Sequence record: NC_023688.1 | Length of the DNA: 64,000 nt | Reading direction: 5' to 3' (one strand) | Part shown: positions 22,182 to 32,682 of the stretch, piece after piece | Numbering within the stretch: position 1 is the stretch's first letter | Layout: every line of letters begins with the position of its first letter | Notes under the pieces: generated by a model | What the model was told of the DNA's origin: nothing | Database searches by the model: none | What the model saw: the letters and a program-made list of their open reading frames with translations, nothing else | Program-made: the position numbers and the translations under genes

Positions 22182-24292
22182 TTATTTCTTAGAAGGTAAA
22201 CCCTTTTCGTTGAAATTTTTCACTGCCAGCTTGAATTTCAAACGAACACACGGCTCACGATTCGGATTCATTTTCATGATCTTGGCGTTACCGCGATGAA
22301 TCAAAGCGTAAACATCTTCGATCTGATTACGTGCGACTAGCTCCGCGAATTCCTCACTGTATCGGATCTGAGTAGTGAAGTCAATGAACTCTTCACCAGA
22401 AATCAGATCTACACATTTAGTCACGGCACCATCGTACATGTAATCCGTGTTAACAACGACGCGAACATTACCAGAACCATCAAACGAGATCATGGGAATA
22501 CCAAGAGGACGTTTGTATGAAAGCATGATCAAACGATCTTTCTCTTTCTGTTCTTCGTACTCTTTGCGCTTCTGTTCGATCCCAGCCCACTTGCCTTCTT
22601 CTACGATTGCGGTATAAGTATTCGGGAACAACAGTTTTGCCAAAGCTTTCATACTCATAATAACTTCCTCTTAGTTGATGTCCCCATTATAGAGACATCG
22701 ATTTAGTTGTCAAGCGATAAAACAGGCAGCAATCAAAATTTTACAAAAAATATGTAGCGCCTGATCTTGGTGTAATCCGATTTTGCCATTACACTTAGCA
22801 TAATCGATGATCCAGTGACTTACAAGCTCTGCCAAACTCAGCCAGACGCTCTTGGTTGCAATGTAAACAACGAGCGCATGAGTAAGTTAGCCAGTAAAGC
22901 CAATGCACTCCATAGAGCGGTGAGTTGATAGGATTCTTTCCTCTTGCAATGCTATCAGTTTGCAAGACGTAATCGGCCGACCGATTATCAGCAGATAGAG
23001 CATTTCAAACATTTGACATCACCAAGAAAACATGATAACCGTTCTGTTTGATCTGTCTTATGTGGAAATTGTATCCACGTTTCAACAACTCAACATGATC
23101 ATGCTGACTAATGAAATCATGTCGATCTTGTGGATCTGTACTCACTTCATCATAGCCGATGTAATCAATGGTTCTGAGAATTCGAGTCAGATTTTCAGAC
23201 GCCATCATGTTCGATTTTCTCTTTCAGCTCTGTTTTACAGTTTGCCAAATGATGATCGATAACACGATCATCGGTAAACAGTTTCAGATTCAAACTGGTA
23301 CGATAGTGATCACCTTCGCCTTTGTGCGAGTGAAACCAGAACTCCACGTTGCCAGCATCATCAATGATAGCATCATTTGATTCCCAGTTGGAATCACCGT
23401 TCACTTTGATTTCATTCGCGTGTTCGACAATAGCTTGTTTGAAAGTCTTGATGTTATAGACCAACTCGTTTACGTTTCGCATTTTAATCCTTACATTGGA
23501 GTTGAAATTTGACCGAATTCGGCTTGCAGTCGCTTGTATTGTTCTAAGCGTTGTTGCTTCTGATTAGCTTCCCACGCTTCTTTCTTGACTCGATATTCTT
23601 CGTCTCGTTGTTTGATATGCTGGAATGAACGAGCAATCTCGGATTCGATATCTTCCAGAACATCATCAATTTCCCGATCATCAACATTTACGTCAATGCT
23701 ACAAACGTGGAAGTCGTCGTCCCAGCCAGTCTCATACGTGACGCTAATCGTCATATCTTCGAGATCCATGTTAACATTCAAATATTTGCCTGTCAACTTA
23801 CGAATGTTATCTTTATCATGGAACTGAGAAACTTTTGCGTTCCAATCAATCCGCAGTTCCTCGACTTTCGTCACGATACGTTTGCAATCTTCACTTTTGA
23901 ACATGTTATTCTCCGAATTTCTCTTTCAGTTTAAGATAGGTTTCGCGTTCTTGTTGCTCTCTTTGAGCAATTTGATTTAGTCTATCTTGCTCTTTTTTCT
24001 TGCGTTCGTCAAGCTTTGCTTTCAATCGATCCCCGAACTTAGAATTCAGATCGTTGATAATGGTATCGATGTCTTTCGTTCCGATGTCAGTTTCAACGCA
24101 GAACACGGCGCCATCTTCCCACCACATATGATCAAATGCCACGTGGACATCCAAATAAGAGAATCGGATATCAATTGTGGTAGTTCTCACTTTGAGATAA
24201 GTTTCAACGGTAGCAATATCTTGATTCCATTTGAATCGTGCGCTATCTGCCCACCGTTTTAATTTTTCGCAATCATTTTTGTTTATGAACAT
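22182..24292 (-). other. Small hypothetical ORFs
   Basis: Minus-strand ORFs of 67-158 aa with overlapping stop/start codons. Confidence 0.6.
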
Positions 24293-24368
24293 ATTGTTCT
24301 CCTTTTATGTATTCTCTCAGATCACGAAAATAATGTCAATAAAAAAGCCACCCGAAGGTGGCTTAATT

Positions 24369-25811
24369 TTAGAAATCAATACCGACGTATCGGTCGCTCA
24401 TGATCTTGTCAAGCATGATTTGCATCGGGTTAAACTCTTTTGCACTCAGGATTGTCTCCATGATTGCAGGACTAAAACCAGATACCAACGCAGTGCCTTG
24501 ATCGTCTTTGGTCACCGGATTGTTAGTCGGGCGCGGGCAAAGATTCCAGAACACAAGTTTCGGCATTTCGTAACCAGCATCGCGGTAAGTCTGACGAATC
24601 ACCTCAAAGTTGGTACGTTCGCGGTCACGCATACGATAGTATCCGCTATAACCGCCGTCTGCAACGTTGAATTCCATGTCAGACAATACAACCATCATAG
24701 ACGGCATATCAGACTGCGGAACTCGATGTTTCACGGCACGATCAAGAATGATCTTGAATGCACCAGCGAAGTTGGTAGAACCACCCCACGGAGCGCGTCC
24801 CAGATGATTCACCATGCTTTGCAGATCGTCGCCTTTCGCTTTGATGTTGTAGAACTGAGGATTATCATCGAAGGTAATCACTTCGTTCTTGAACACACCA
24901 CCAGAGCGTTCACCGATATACAGACCCAGAGAGATCGCGATATCCATAGCAGACAGACCAGCGACGGCAGTCGGGGTGCTCATAGAGCCAGAAACGTCAA
25001 CCATTGCGATTACGTTTTCAGTAGAGCCAGCCATCCAGTCGCGTTGTGCTTTCCATTGTGCATCAGCAGCAACAGAAGAACCGGTACGCAATGATTTGAT
25101 CATGTCATACGGGTACACAGCACCAGCGTTGATCTTAGCTTCGCCCTTTTTCAGAGACTCAAGATAAGCAACATAACGCTCATTCGCATTTTTCAGGAAT
25201 GCTTTCTGATATCGGGCAGATGCAACAGACGGCAGTTTACCGAAATCAATTCCATCCCACTGACGAGCACACATTTTTTGTTCAACGGTGTTCGACATAC
25301 GGACGATTGTCTGACGATACTCTTTAGCAGTCATACGCATAGCTTTGGCCAGAATACCAGCTTCTTTGCCTTTGCGAGGAGCCCACTTAGCAGCAAGACC
25401 GTTCTGTTTGATCAGAATCGCGTCCACCATGATAGCGACCGCAGCATCTTCGATTGGAGTACCAATCATTGAAACAACGTCCTTATAACGACCGATTTCC
25501 GGTGTGTTCATCAGAACGACGGTAGCGTCAACTTGATGGCGATGTGCCAGCAGTTTCAGCAGACGAATGAACTGTTCACGCTCACCAGCACCACCGCGAA
25601 TATCGCGAGCCCATTGCAGAATACGAACTGCCCAATCCGGAGATTCGGTGTAAGCTTCCACAAACATGGAACTCAGATCTTTACCGCGAGCGGAACCGAT
25701 TTGAGAAAACAGATTCAGACACTTATCACCAGTGGTATAGTTAGTAACTGCACCGTTCGCGGTACGTGCCAGTGCTTGCGCTTGAGTCATTGCATTCATA
25801 AAATTAGACAA
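24369..25811 (-). CDS. DUF2828-type protein (TROVE/Ro60-like helical domain + vWA)
   Basis: RTANGAVT...LNLF, WARDIRGGAGERE, AAKWAPR and LPSVA motifs; MIDAS VDVSGSM and VLSDMEF; TTG start with GAGG site. Confidence 0.85.
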   Translation of the reverse strand: MSNFMNAMTQAQALARTANGAVTNYTTGDKCLNLFSQIGSARGKDLSSMFVEAYTESPDWAVRILQWARDIRGGAGEREQFIRLLKLLAHRHQVDATVVLMNTPEIGRYKDVVSMIGTPIEDAAVAIMVDAILIKQNGLAAKWAPRKGKEAGILAKAMRMTAKEYRQTIVRMSNTVEQKMCARQWDGIDFGKLPSVASARYQKAFLKNANERYVAYLESLKKGEAKINAGAVYPYDMIKSLRTGSSVAADAQWKAQRDWMAGSTENVIAMVDVSGSMSTPTAVAGLSAMDIAISLGLYIGERSGGVFKNEVITFDDNPQFYNIKAKGDDLQSMVNHLGRAPWGGSTNFAGAFKIILDRAVKHRVPQSDMPSMMVVLSDMEFNVADGGYSGYYRMRDRERTNFEVIRQTYRDAGYEMPKLVFWNLCPRPTNNPVTKDDQGTALVSGFSPAIMETILSAKEFNPMQIMLDKIMSDRYVGIDF

Positions 25812-25846
25812 AGAAATTACCTCTTTCAGGTTTGTTTAAAATAGTC

Positions 25847-26425
25847 TCATTCGTGAGACAGTTTTTCTTTCCAACACTTGCGACAGAACGAAATATATCG
25901 TTGTTCAGCCCCAATGCAAATTTGTTCACCACGTTTAATAACTCGACCATCGTCGTCAATGCGAGCTACCATACATGACTTTCTTCCACAGTCACAGATC
26001 CCGGATAACTGTCTGATTTCATCAGCGATTGCTAAAAGAGTTCTTGAACCCTCAAACAAATTACCAAGAAAGTCAGTTCTTAGTCCGTAACACATAACAG
26101 GGACATCGAGCTTATCGACTACATCAGACAGTTGCCAGATCTGAGTTTCAGTTAGAAACTGTGCTTCGTCAATAAGTACACAATCAATTTTCTGTAGTTT
26201 ACTCTCTTTCTCAATCAAAGTAAACATATTTTCGTTGTGATGCACACAACGACATTCGCGATTGATCCCGATTCGAGAACCGATTGTTCCCTCAGTTCTG
26301 GTATCAAAAGCAGGTTTAAACAACAGTACGTTTTGACCGCGCTCGTTGTAGTTGTATGCAACTTGTAACAGTTGTGTACTCTTACCAACATTCATCGCGG
26401 CATGTGTAAAAAACAGCTTTGCCAT
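25847..26425 (-). CDS. tk: Thymidine kinase
   Basis: AAMNVGKST, LIDEAQF, YGLRTDF and zinc-binding CDCG...CRKC motifs. Confidence 0.95.
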   Translation of the reverse strand: MAKLFFTHAAMNVGKSTQLLQVAYNYNERGQNVLLFKPAFDTRTEGTIGSRIGINRECRCVHHNENMFTLIEKESKLQKIDCVLIDEAQFLTETQIWQLSDVVDKLDVPVMCYGLRTDFLGNLFEGSRTLLAIADEIRQLSGICDCGRKSCMVARIDDDGRVIKRGEQICIGAEQRYISFCRKCWKEKLSHE

Positions 26426-26811
26426 TAGTTCCTCGTTTTCTGTTACTATAGCTCGCCTTCCGTGGCAAGTAAACATCAGTAACAATATTTCGCTAAAAAG
26501 TTAGCTTGGTATTTGTCGTCCTTGATGTAGTATTTGATTCCATTCGAATAAACGGCTTTCAGCAACACAACGGTTTCTTGTTTGAACTCAGGCACAATCG
26601 TACAGCTACCGGTTTCTATAGTATACACTTGAATGCCGTTGTAATCAAACTCAACGCGAGCTTCTTGATAGAACTTGCCTCTCCACTCTTGTGGCTTATA
26701 TCGCGCTGCTTGTGCCGTCACTTCTCGAACCACGATTGGCTTTTCTGGTTCGCCGCACCCAGATAACAGCGCGACGAACACAAGAAACAGAACACGGATC
26801 ATAGAATTCCC

Positions 26812-27237
26812 TTACAGAACAGGCACCACGGTGATAGCGGAACTAGCGTTGTCGCCATCCATTTTCTTGGTGTAACTTACGTAAACCATGTTCATATGCT
26901 CTTTGTCATAAACACGGTCGATTACCATGTTTTTGAAGAACCAGCTTTTCTTCTGTGAGAAGATGTTTTTGCGAGAAGTCAGTTCAACGCCAGATTCGAA
27001 CGGTGCGGTCACACACTGCATGGCAACATCAGTCTGGTCTTCGATGCTCATAGAGCGAGACGGCAGGTTGACGTAACAAGTAATGTTCGGATAGTCCGGG
27101 TCGCTGAATACTTCTACACTCAGAGTATCTTTGAAGATCAGACCGGAGGTTTCTACTTCATACAGAGTATCAGCTTTAACGGCACCAACAGCCAGCATGG
27201 CACACACGAACATCACGTTTTGAATAATCTTTTTCAT
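26812..27237 (-). CDS. creA: CreA-family exported protein
   Basis: Signal peptide; F.DPDYPNITCY...Q.....C...KKSWFFK.M.I.R.YD...Y.SY...S.ITVVPV pattern. Confidence 0.75.
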   Translation of the reverse strand: MKKIIQNVMFVCAMLAVGAVKADTLYEVETSGLIFKDTLSVEVFSDPDYPNITCYVNLPSRSMSIEDQTDVAMQCVTAPFESGVELTSRKNIFSQKKSWFFKNMVIDRVYDKEHMNMVYVSYTKKMDGDNASSAITVVPVL

Positions 27238-29248
27238 TTCATTTCCTTAGCAATAAGTTTGCAGCCAGAAACCAGATAGGTTTCATTTTTGTATTTGAAT
27301 GAGATATAGTTTTGCGTAAAGGACAAATCATCCACAATTATGTCTTTTACAACTTCACCGACTTTATCGACTGCTGGCAGACGATAGAACATAGACTCGG
27401 TATTGAAATACTCTTTATACAGCGAAATTACATGCTTCATTATTGATTCCTCATTACAGAACACACAGCGTTGGTAACATAATACAATTTATTGTTGTAT
27501 CTGAATACTCATCCAATATCAATTCGATCCATAATATCGGATTGAAGATTGTTGATCAACGTGCCATCCGGTGTTTTCACATACACACCGGTTTGGAACC
27601 AGCAAGTAATAACACCTTCATATGATGCGAACACAGAGCTATTAAACAACATCAGAGCGACAAACGCAAGAACTTTTTTCATCATTCGCCCTGTACGTCC
27701 ATAAACAGATTATCAGCGCCGTAGAACTTGATAAAGCGTTGGCCAACGATTGTATACATTGTGCCATACTCGGACATGATGCTACCACAGTCGTGATACA
27801 TGTCTTTCACGAAAACGAATGGACGAACGCCAAAGACGTTTTCAAACAGTTGTTCGGCATCATCGTTGCGATTGTAGATCTTACCAAGACAATCAACGAT
27901 GCGAATCCCGATCAGATTCATTGTCAACAGTTCTTCCATATTCTTTACAAAAACTTTCATTTCGATTCCTCGTTTTCAGTTCGAATAATACTATCATAGC
28001 CATAATCGTGGCTGAATGCAATCACTTTTTGTTTGCGGTGAATGTGGTAGTAAAGTTCTAGACCACGATCCCGCTTATACAGTTCACATTCATTCGCGAA
28101 TGATACCGTGATTGTGTCAAACTGAGCTAGTTCCTCAAGAGTAAAATCCCAGAACTCTTTTGCCGAGTTAAACGTCATGTTGCGCATAATTAACCTCGTT
28201 TGTTGATATCTACGTTAAAGAAACCATTCAGAACGAAATAGTGGTCTTTCTTGACTACCAGTGTTGAATCTTCGTAACCAAAGATCATGCACTCACCGAA
28301 CATTGGTTTCCACTCCTGTTCAAGTTGACGACTGCGCTCGTATACACAATCGGACGTTTCGATCTCGGTAACGCTATCATCAATTTCAGCATACACAAGA
28401 TCGTCTAGTGTGTCAACACAAGTTTTATCAAAAAACACATCGATATCGGACGCTTTATCAACGGTAGTGTAACCACGTTCGGTAATGATATACAGTTCTG
28501 GAGATTTACCTTTGTTGATATACACGCCAGATTTATAGCCGAAACGATCTAAGATATACTGTGAGATCTTGCGGCTGTATGTGCATTTCAAAAGTGTATC
28601 ACGAAGATCATCAATAATTGCAACATGGTAACCTTCATTGAGTTCAAACGGAAACAGAAAATCGTGAATTGTAGCCATAATGTATTCCTCAAGTGATTCG
28701 TTGTTTCGATAGAGCTATCTTATCAGAACAGCGGGACAATGCAAGGAATTTTTCCAATAAAAAACCCGCCGAAGCGGGTTCTGTTTACCATTGTACGATC
28801 CAGCGGAAGGTACACGTTCTTTGTTTTCTGTCGTCAATGATGTCAGCACAATCGGAATTTTCCAAAGTGATAGCTTTAAGTTGATCTCTCACTTTAGCGC
28901 GACTCAGATTGGCATACTCTCGGCAGCTCTTGTTTGAGTAATTGCCGGTTTTGCAAACTTCGCAGTCGTATCCACGGACGATCTGATTTTTCTCACGATC
29001 ATATTCTTCATAAACGTTCATATTGATACGTTCTTGCTGAATGTGATAACGCCAGAAATCGTACTTACCAATTCGGTAATATGCGTTACAGTTCGCTTTC
29101 CAGAAGTTGTGGCCGATCAGATACTTGACTTCATTCTTGTTCTTAACTCGGGTAGTTCTTGCCATTTTGGATCTCCATTGTTAGTTAAAACAATGAAAAA
29201 ACTGTCCCTTGTGTGAAAACTTATGTCTAATCATATATTCCTTATAGA

Positions 29249-29331
29249 GGCGTCAGAAGGCGGGACTCGAACCCGCACCCCACTGGGTTTCTGCCCAGTA
29301 GCTCTTCCAATTGAGACTTACAACTAACACC
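29249..29331 (-). ncRNA. Degenerate tRNA-like element (pseudo-tRNA)
   Basis: Intact T arm GCGGG TTCGAGT CCCGC; 6-bp stem with 6-nt loop CAGAAA; mismatched inner acceptor; no CCA. Confidence 0.55.
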
Positions 29332-29928
29332 TATTATTTATTAGATCTCTTCGGCAGCGTCTGCCACCATTTCTGCTAACTTCTCTTCGTTGTCACTAAC
29401 AATCAAACAACGAGCTTCGTTGATCTCACGGCGATATGGATCCAAATCACCATAGCAGTATTCAGCACCACTTTTCATGATGTCGCGAATTTCATCCGCA
29501 CAATCTTCCAGATAATCTTCGTCCACGATATCTTTTCTGGCGAGAAATGCCACGATTTGCCAGCGTTGATGAACAACTTTCTTTTTGTAGCCTTCAATCA
29601 TCAGAATCATGTTCGTATTTCCAGTTTGCTTTGTGCAAAGCCTTGTGCATTTTAAAGTTGAAATCGTCTTTCTGTCTAGCCAGTTCTCGATTGAATGCGA
29701 ACTCACTAGCACAGGCAATCAACATCTTTTTGTCTTCTACCGCGTTAAACGGAGATTGTGCAACAAAGACAACTTTGTTTTGTTGATGCATTTCGTTGAT
29801 ATAACGACAAACCCGCTCGCCGTTGTCAAACAGTCGAGATAGATAGAGTCGTTGAAACTGAGATAATCGGACTTTCTTGTCCTTGTCAACGTCGATATAA
29901 TGCATAGCATCACCTCAAATGAATTTAG

Positions 29929-30692
29929 TGGCCCCGGTGGGAATCGAACCCACAACGAGCGGTTATTCTTTTAAGAACTCGATTATGGATTTTCCATTCT
30001 CCAATTCTTTAATTTGTGAACTTTTAAGGACGATAAGGTTTTTAACGGACTTCCACTTACAACGATCTCGTTCACGCTCATAACCTTTAACCTCTATGTA
30101 AAGATCCATAGACGGTAGATAAAAGTCCGGAAAATATAGATGTTCTCCGTTTTCCCAGCTATAAACGAAAGGAGTAATCTCGTTAGTGTATTCTATGTTA
30201 GCAGAACTTAGGCATTTTGCAACCAATAGTTCCCATTTCCCTTTAAATGTTTGTCCTTCAAACGCATACATCTTAACGCGACCAGATACGTTGTTTTGCT
30301 GTAAGAATCTGGGTTGTTTTTAACAACTTCCTTCATGACTTTCGAAAATTTAATTCTTTGTTCGTCCGTCCAAATGGTCTCATTCATACTCTTTGCGGCA
30401 TCGGATAACTTTTTCTAGTCTCTTCCGAAATGACAGGTTTATCCAAACCAAGTCTGGTCGCTTTTGTGTATTGGTTTGTGCCTTTACATCCGAGTTTCGA
30501 TGGAACGTGAAACTTTATTTTATTTTGGATTTTTGGAACAACGAACTTCGTGTTGTCTAAGTGAATTTTGTATTCTTACAGATTTTGTCGCAGTATGCGC
30601 AGTTCATTAGATTATCTCCTAGATTGTGTTATATCACTATTTATCTAAGAGATTGTGTGAGCCGCTTGCTTGAACCCTCTAGCTACGGGGCC
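29929..30692 (-). tRNA. tRNA-Ile2-like (CAU), split in the anticodon by a 692-nt insert
   Basis: 5' half 30692-30658 GGCCCCGTAGCTAGAGGGTTCAAGCAAGCGGCTCA joined to 3' half 29965-29929 TAACCGCTCGTTGTGGGTTCGATTCCCACCGGGGCCA gives a canonical cloverleaf. The GGCCCC acceptor resembles Ile2. Confidence 0.8.
29963..30606 (-). mobile_element. Homing endonuclease-like gene (Zn finger + NUMOD3-like + PD-(D/E)xK), frameshifted in its 5' half
   Basis: Intact C-terminal ORF 30271-29963 with PDFYLP...IEVKG. The upstream part reads MNCAYCDKICK..SLRQHEVRC...SEETRKKLSDAAK...YSKNNVSGRVK once four single-A indels are corrected. Confidence 0.75.
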
Positions 30693-30732
30693 TTGTTTAT
30701 AGGAACCATTATTACATAGTCCCTATTTGTTG

Positions 30733-31125
30733 TCAACCTTTAAGATTCAGTTTGTATCGAATAGAACTCATGAAACTCATGATGTCTTCCAACAGATTTA
30801 CCAGATCGAAATGACGTTTGGTTTCCAGATACTCATGCACCATAGTACACTCTTGTAGGAAATTGTCAATCAACATTTCAACTTCAACTTCCGCATGTGA
30901 CACAGAAAATGTCTGAGCATAACCGCGAGCAATAGAAGCCTCAGCAAACGCATCTACCAACTCAGGTAAGCTTGTGTAATATTCGTTTAGTGCCATATGT
31001 CTGCTATAGACGGTCGTCACCAGATGATTGTGGTGAACGTAGGCCACGCTTTTCAACAGCTTGCAGATTAGATCACCAACGCTTGAGTTCGTATCGCCTT
31101 TGAAATCTTTAAATGAACTACTCAT
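30733..31125 (-). CDS. Ferritin/Dps-like four-helix protein (tentative)
   Basis: HHNHL...RHMALNEYY...LVDAFAE...DLVNLLEDI pattern. Confidence 0.55.
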   Translation of the reverse strand: MSSSFKDFKGDTNSSVGDLICKLLKSVAYVHHNHLVTTVYSRHMALNEYYTSLPELVDAFAEASIARGYAQTFSVSHAEVEVEMLIDNFLQECTMVHEYLETKRHFDLVNLLEDIMSFMSSIRYKLNLKG

Positions 31126-31172
31126 TGTATTCTCCTAATGAAAAAGGGAGCCGAAGCTCCCTTTTATTTATC

Positions 31173-31257
31173 TGGTGCGGATGGTCGGACTCGAACCGAC
31201 ATGCCCGGAGGCGCTAGATCCTAAATCTAGTGTGACTGCCAATTTCACCACATCCGC
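31173..31257 (-). tRNA. tRNA-Leu(UAG)
   Basis: CTAGA TT TAG GA TCTAG, long V arm, CCA. Confidence 0.95.
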
Positions 31258-31263
31258 ATTATT

Positions 31264-31351
31264 TGGAGGAGAAAGTGGGATTCGAACCCACGGACTCTTG
31301 CGGGCCTACGAATTAGCAATCCGCTACGTTCGGCCTCTCTGTCATTTCTCC
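31264..31351 (-). tRNA. tRNA-Ser(GCU)
   Basis: GCGGA TT GCT AA TTCGT, long V arm, CCA. Confidence 0.9.
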
Positions 31352-31707
31352 ATGTTCTTTAATGTATTCGGCAGCTCGTTTAATCTGTTCCCATTGAGAA
31401 TCAGTAACACACTGACCGGATAACACGAACGAGGCTCTTACGTTTTCCTCGATCTCTTGTTTTAAGCTTTGCAATAGTGAGTTCCTCTTCGAACAAAACC
31501 GCCAAAGTCTTTTTGTCCAATGCAATGAACACCGCGACTAACTTTGATAAGTCCAAGTTTTAACAGCTTTTCAATCTGTTGATTGGTACACTTAGCATCA
31601 CCTTGAGTAGTAGCGAAACCGTATGAATCAGCTTTATCAGCGAAACGGGATGCCAGCTCAAGATCTTGTTTTGTTGCTTTCATGATATAACTCTCTATTG
31701 TTTGATT

Positions 31708-31799
31708 TGGCGGAAGCGATCCGATTCGAACGGATGGACGGGGTTAACCGCCGACACTTTTCAAGAGTGTTGCAATAAGCCGGACTCTGCCACGCTTCC
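31708..31799 (-). tRNA. tRNA-Ser(UGA)
   Basis: ACACT CT TGA AA AGTGT, long V arm, G73-CCA. Confidence 0.95.
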
Positions 31800-31940
31800 A
31801 AATTCTTCGACACGGCTTTATGTCGTCGTGATTCTTGATCATTACGATCTGGCTACACACGCGCATCACCTTCCCGTTTGATAATTTAACGAGCTACGGG
31901 AATCATAGCAGCTCATTTAGCCTTTAGCAAGCTAAAAATG

Positions 31941-32013
31941 CGGGGGTAACTGGGCTCGAACCAGTGCATGACGGAATCAAAGTCCGTTGCCTTACCAACT
32001 TGGCTATACCCCT
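31941..32013 (-). tRNA. tRNA-Gln(UUG)
   Basis: ACGGA CT TTG AT TCCGT; no encoded CCA. Confidence 0.92.
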
Positions 32014-32126
32014 ATAAACTGGGACGAATATGAACGTTTAACGTGGGTCATCGTCTTATCGTTTCGGTAACTTAATCCTACTTTGTGTAACCCCACATCA
32101 TTCAACGCAACGCTGAATCAATTTTG

Positions 32127-32200
32127 TCCGTCATATAGGATTTGAACCTATGACCCTCTGATCCCAAACCAGATGCGCTACCGGACTGCGCTAATGACGG
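32127..32200 (-). tRNA. tRNA-Pro(UGG)
   Basis: TCTGG TT TGG GA TCAGA; 3' end CAA. Confidence 0.92.
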
Positions 32201-32214
32201 AGTATTCTTTATAA

Positions 32215-32321
32215 TAGGACGCTAAGGTAGAGAATCGAACTCTACATGAAATCAATACCGACGGGGCAATCTATATCCCGACTTTCGAGAAGCTATCTCA
32301 TTGCACTTAAAAGCATTAGCG
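32215..32321 (-). ncRNA. tRNA-like RNA retaining only an acceptor-like stem and T arm
   Basis: CGCTAA/TTAGCG terminal stem, GTAGAG TTCGATT CTCTAC T arm, about 70 nt non-tRNA interior. Confidence 0.55.
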
Positions 32322-32346
32322 ATTTCACCTTTCAAAGCGATTAAAC

Positions 32347-32423
32347 TGGTGCATCGGACTGGACTTGAACCAGTGACCAGCGGATTTTCAATCCGCCACT
32401 CTACCATACTGAGTTACCGATGC
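32347..32423 (-). tRNA. tRNA-Phe(GAA)
   Basis: GCGGA TT GAA AA TCCGC, CCA. Confidence 0.95.
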
Positions 32424-32430
32424 AAAATTT

Positions 32431-32507
32431 TGGGGTGGCGGACGGGCTTCGAACCCGTGACTATCAGGATCACAACCTGAAGTTCTACCAAACTGAACTA
32501 CCGCCAC
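32431..32507 (-). tRNA. tRNA-His(GUG)
   Basis: TCAGG TT GTG AT CCTGA, C73-CCA. Confidence 0.95.
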
Positions 32508-32588
32508 ATAAATGATCACTCGAAAGAAATCATTTATGTAACGAGTTACATACCAGATGCTACAAACGGGGCATCTGGATCCCTCTTA

Positions 32589-32673
32589 TGGTGCTCGGCA
32601 CAAGATTCGAACTTGCGATGCCTTTCGGTCTGGATTACAAAACCAGTGCATTCAACCACTCTGCCAACCGAGC
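32589..32673 (-). tRNA. tRNA-Thr(UGU) with an atypical long variable arm
   Basis: CTGGT TT TGT AA TCCAG; V arm ACCGAAAGGCATC; CCA. Confidence 0.8.
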
Positions 32674-32682
32674 GTTTTAAAT

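Noticed and set aside
29966-30657. Group I or II intron interpretation of the tRNA-Ile2 insert
   Set aside because: The insert is nearly all promoter, Shine-Dalgarno site and ORF. No P4-P7 core or domain V is visible, and the 3' junction is the ORF stop codon rather than an omega-G.
31800-32120. Pistol, hammerhead or twister ribozymes in the spacers
   Set aside because: Full conserved cores (CUGAUGA/GAAA; the complete pistol P2/P3-GU layout) were not found.
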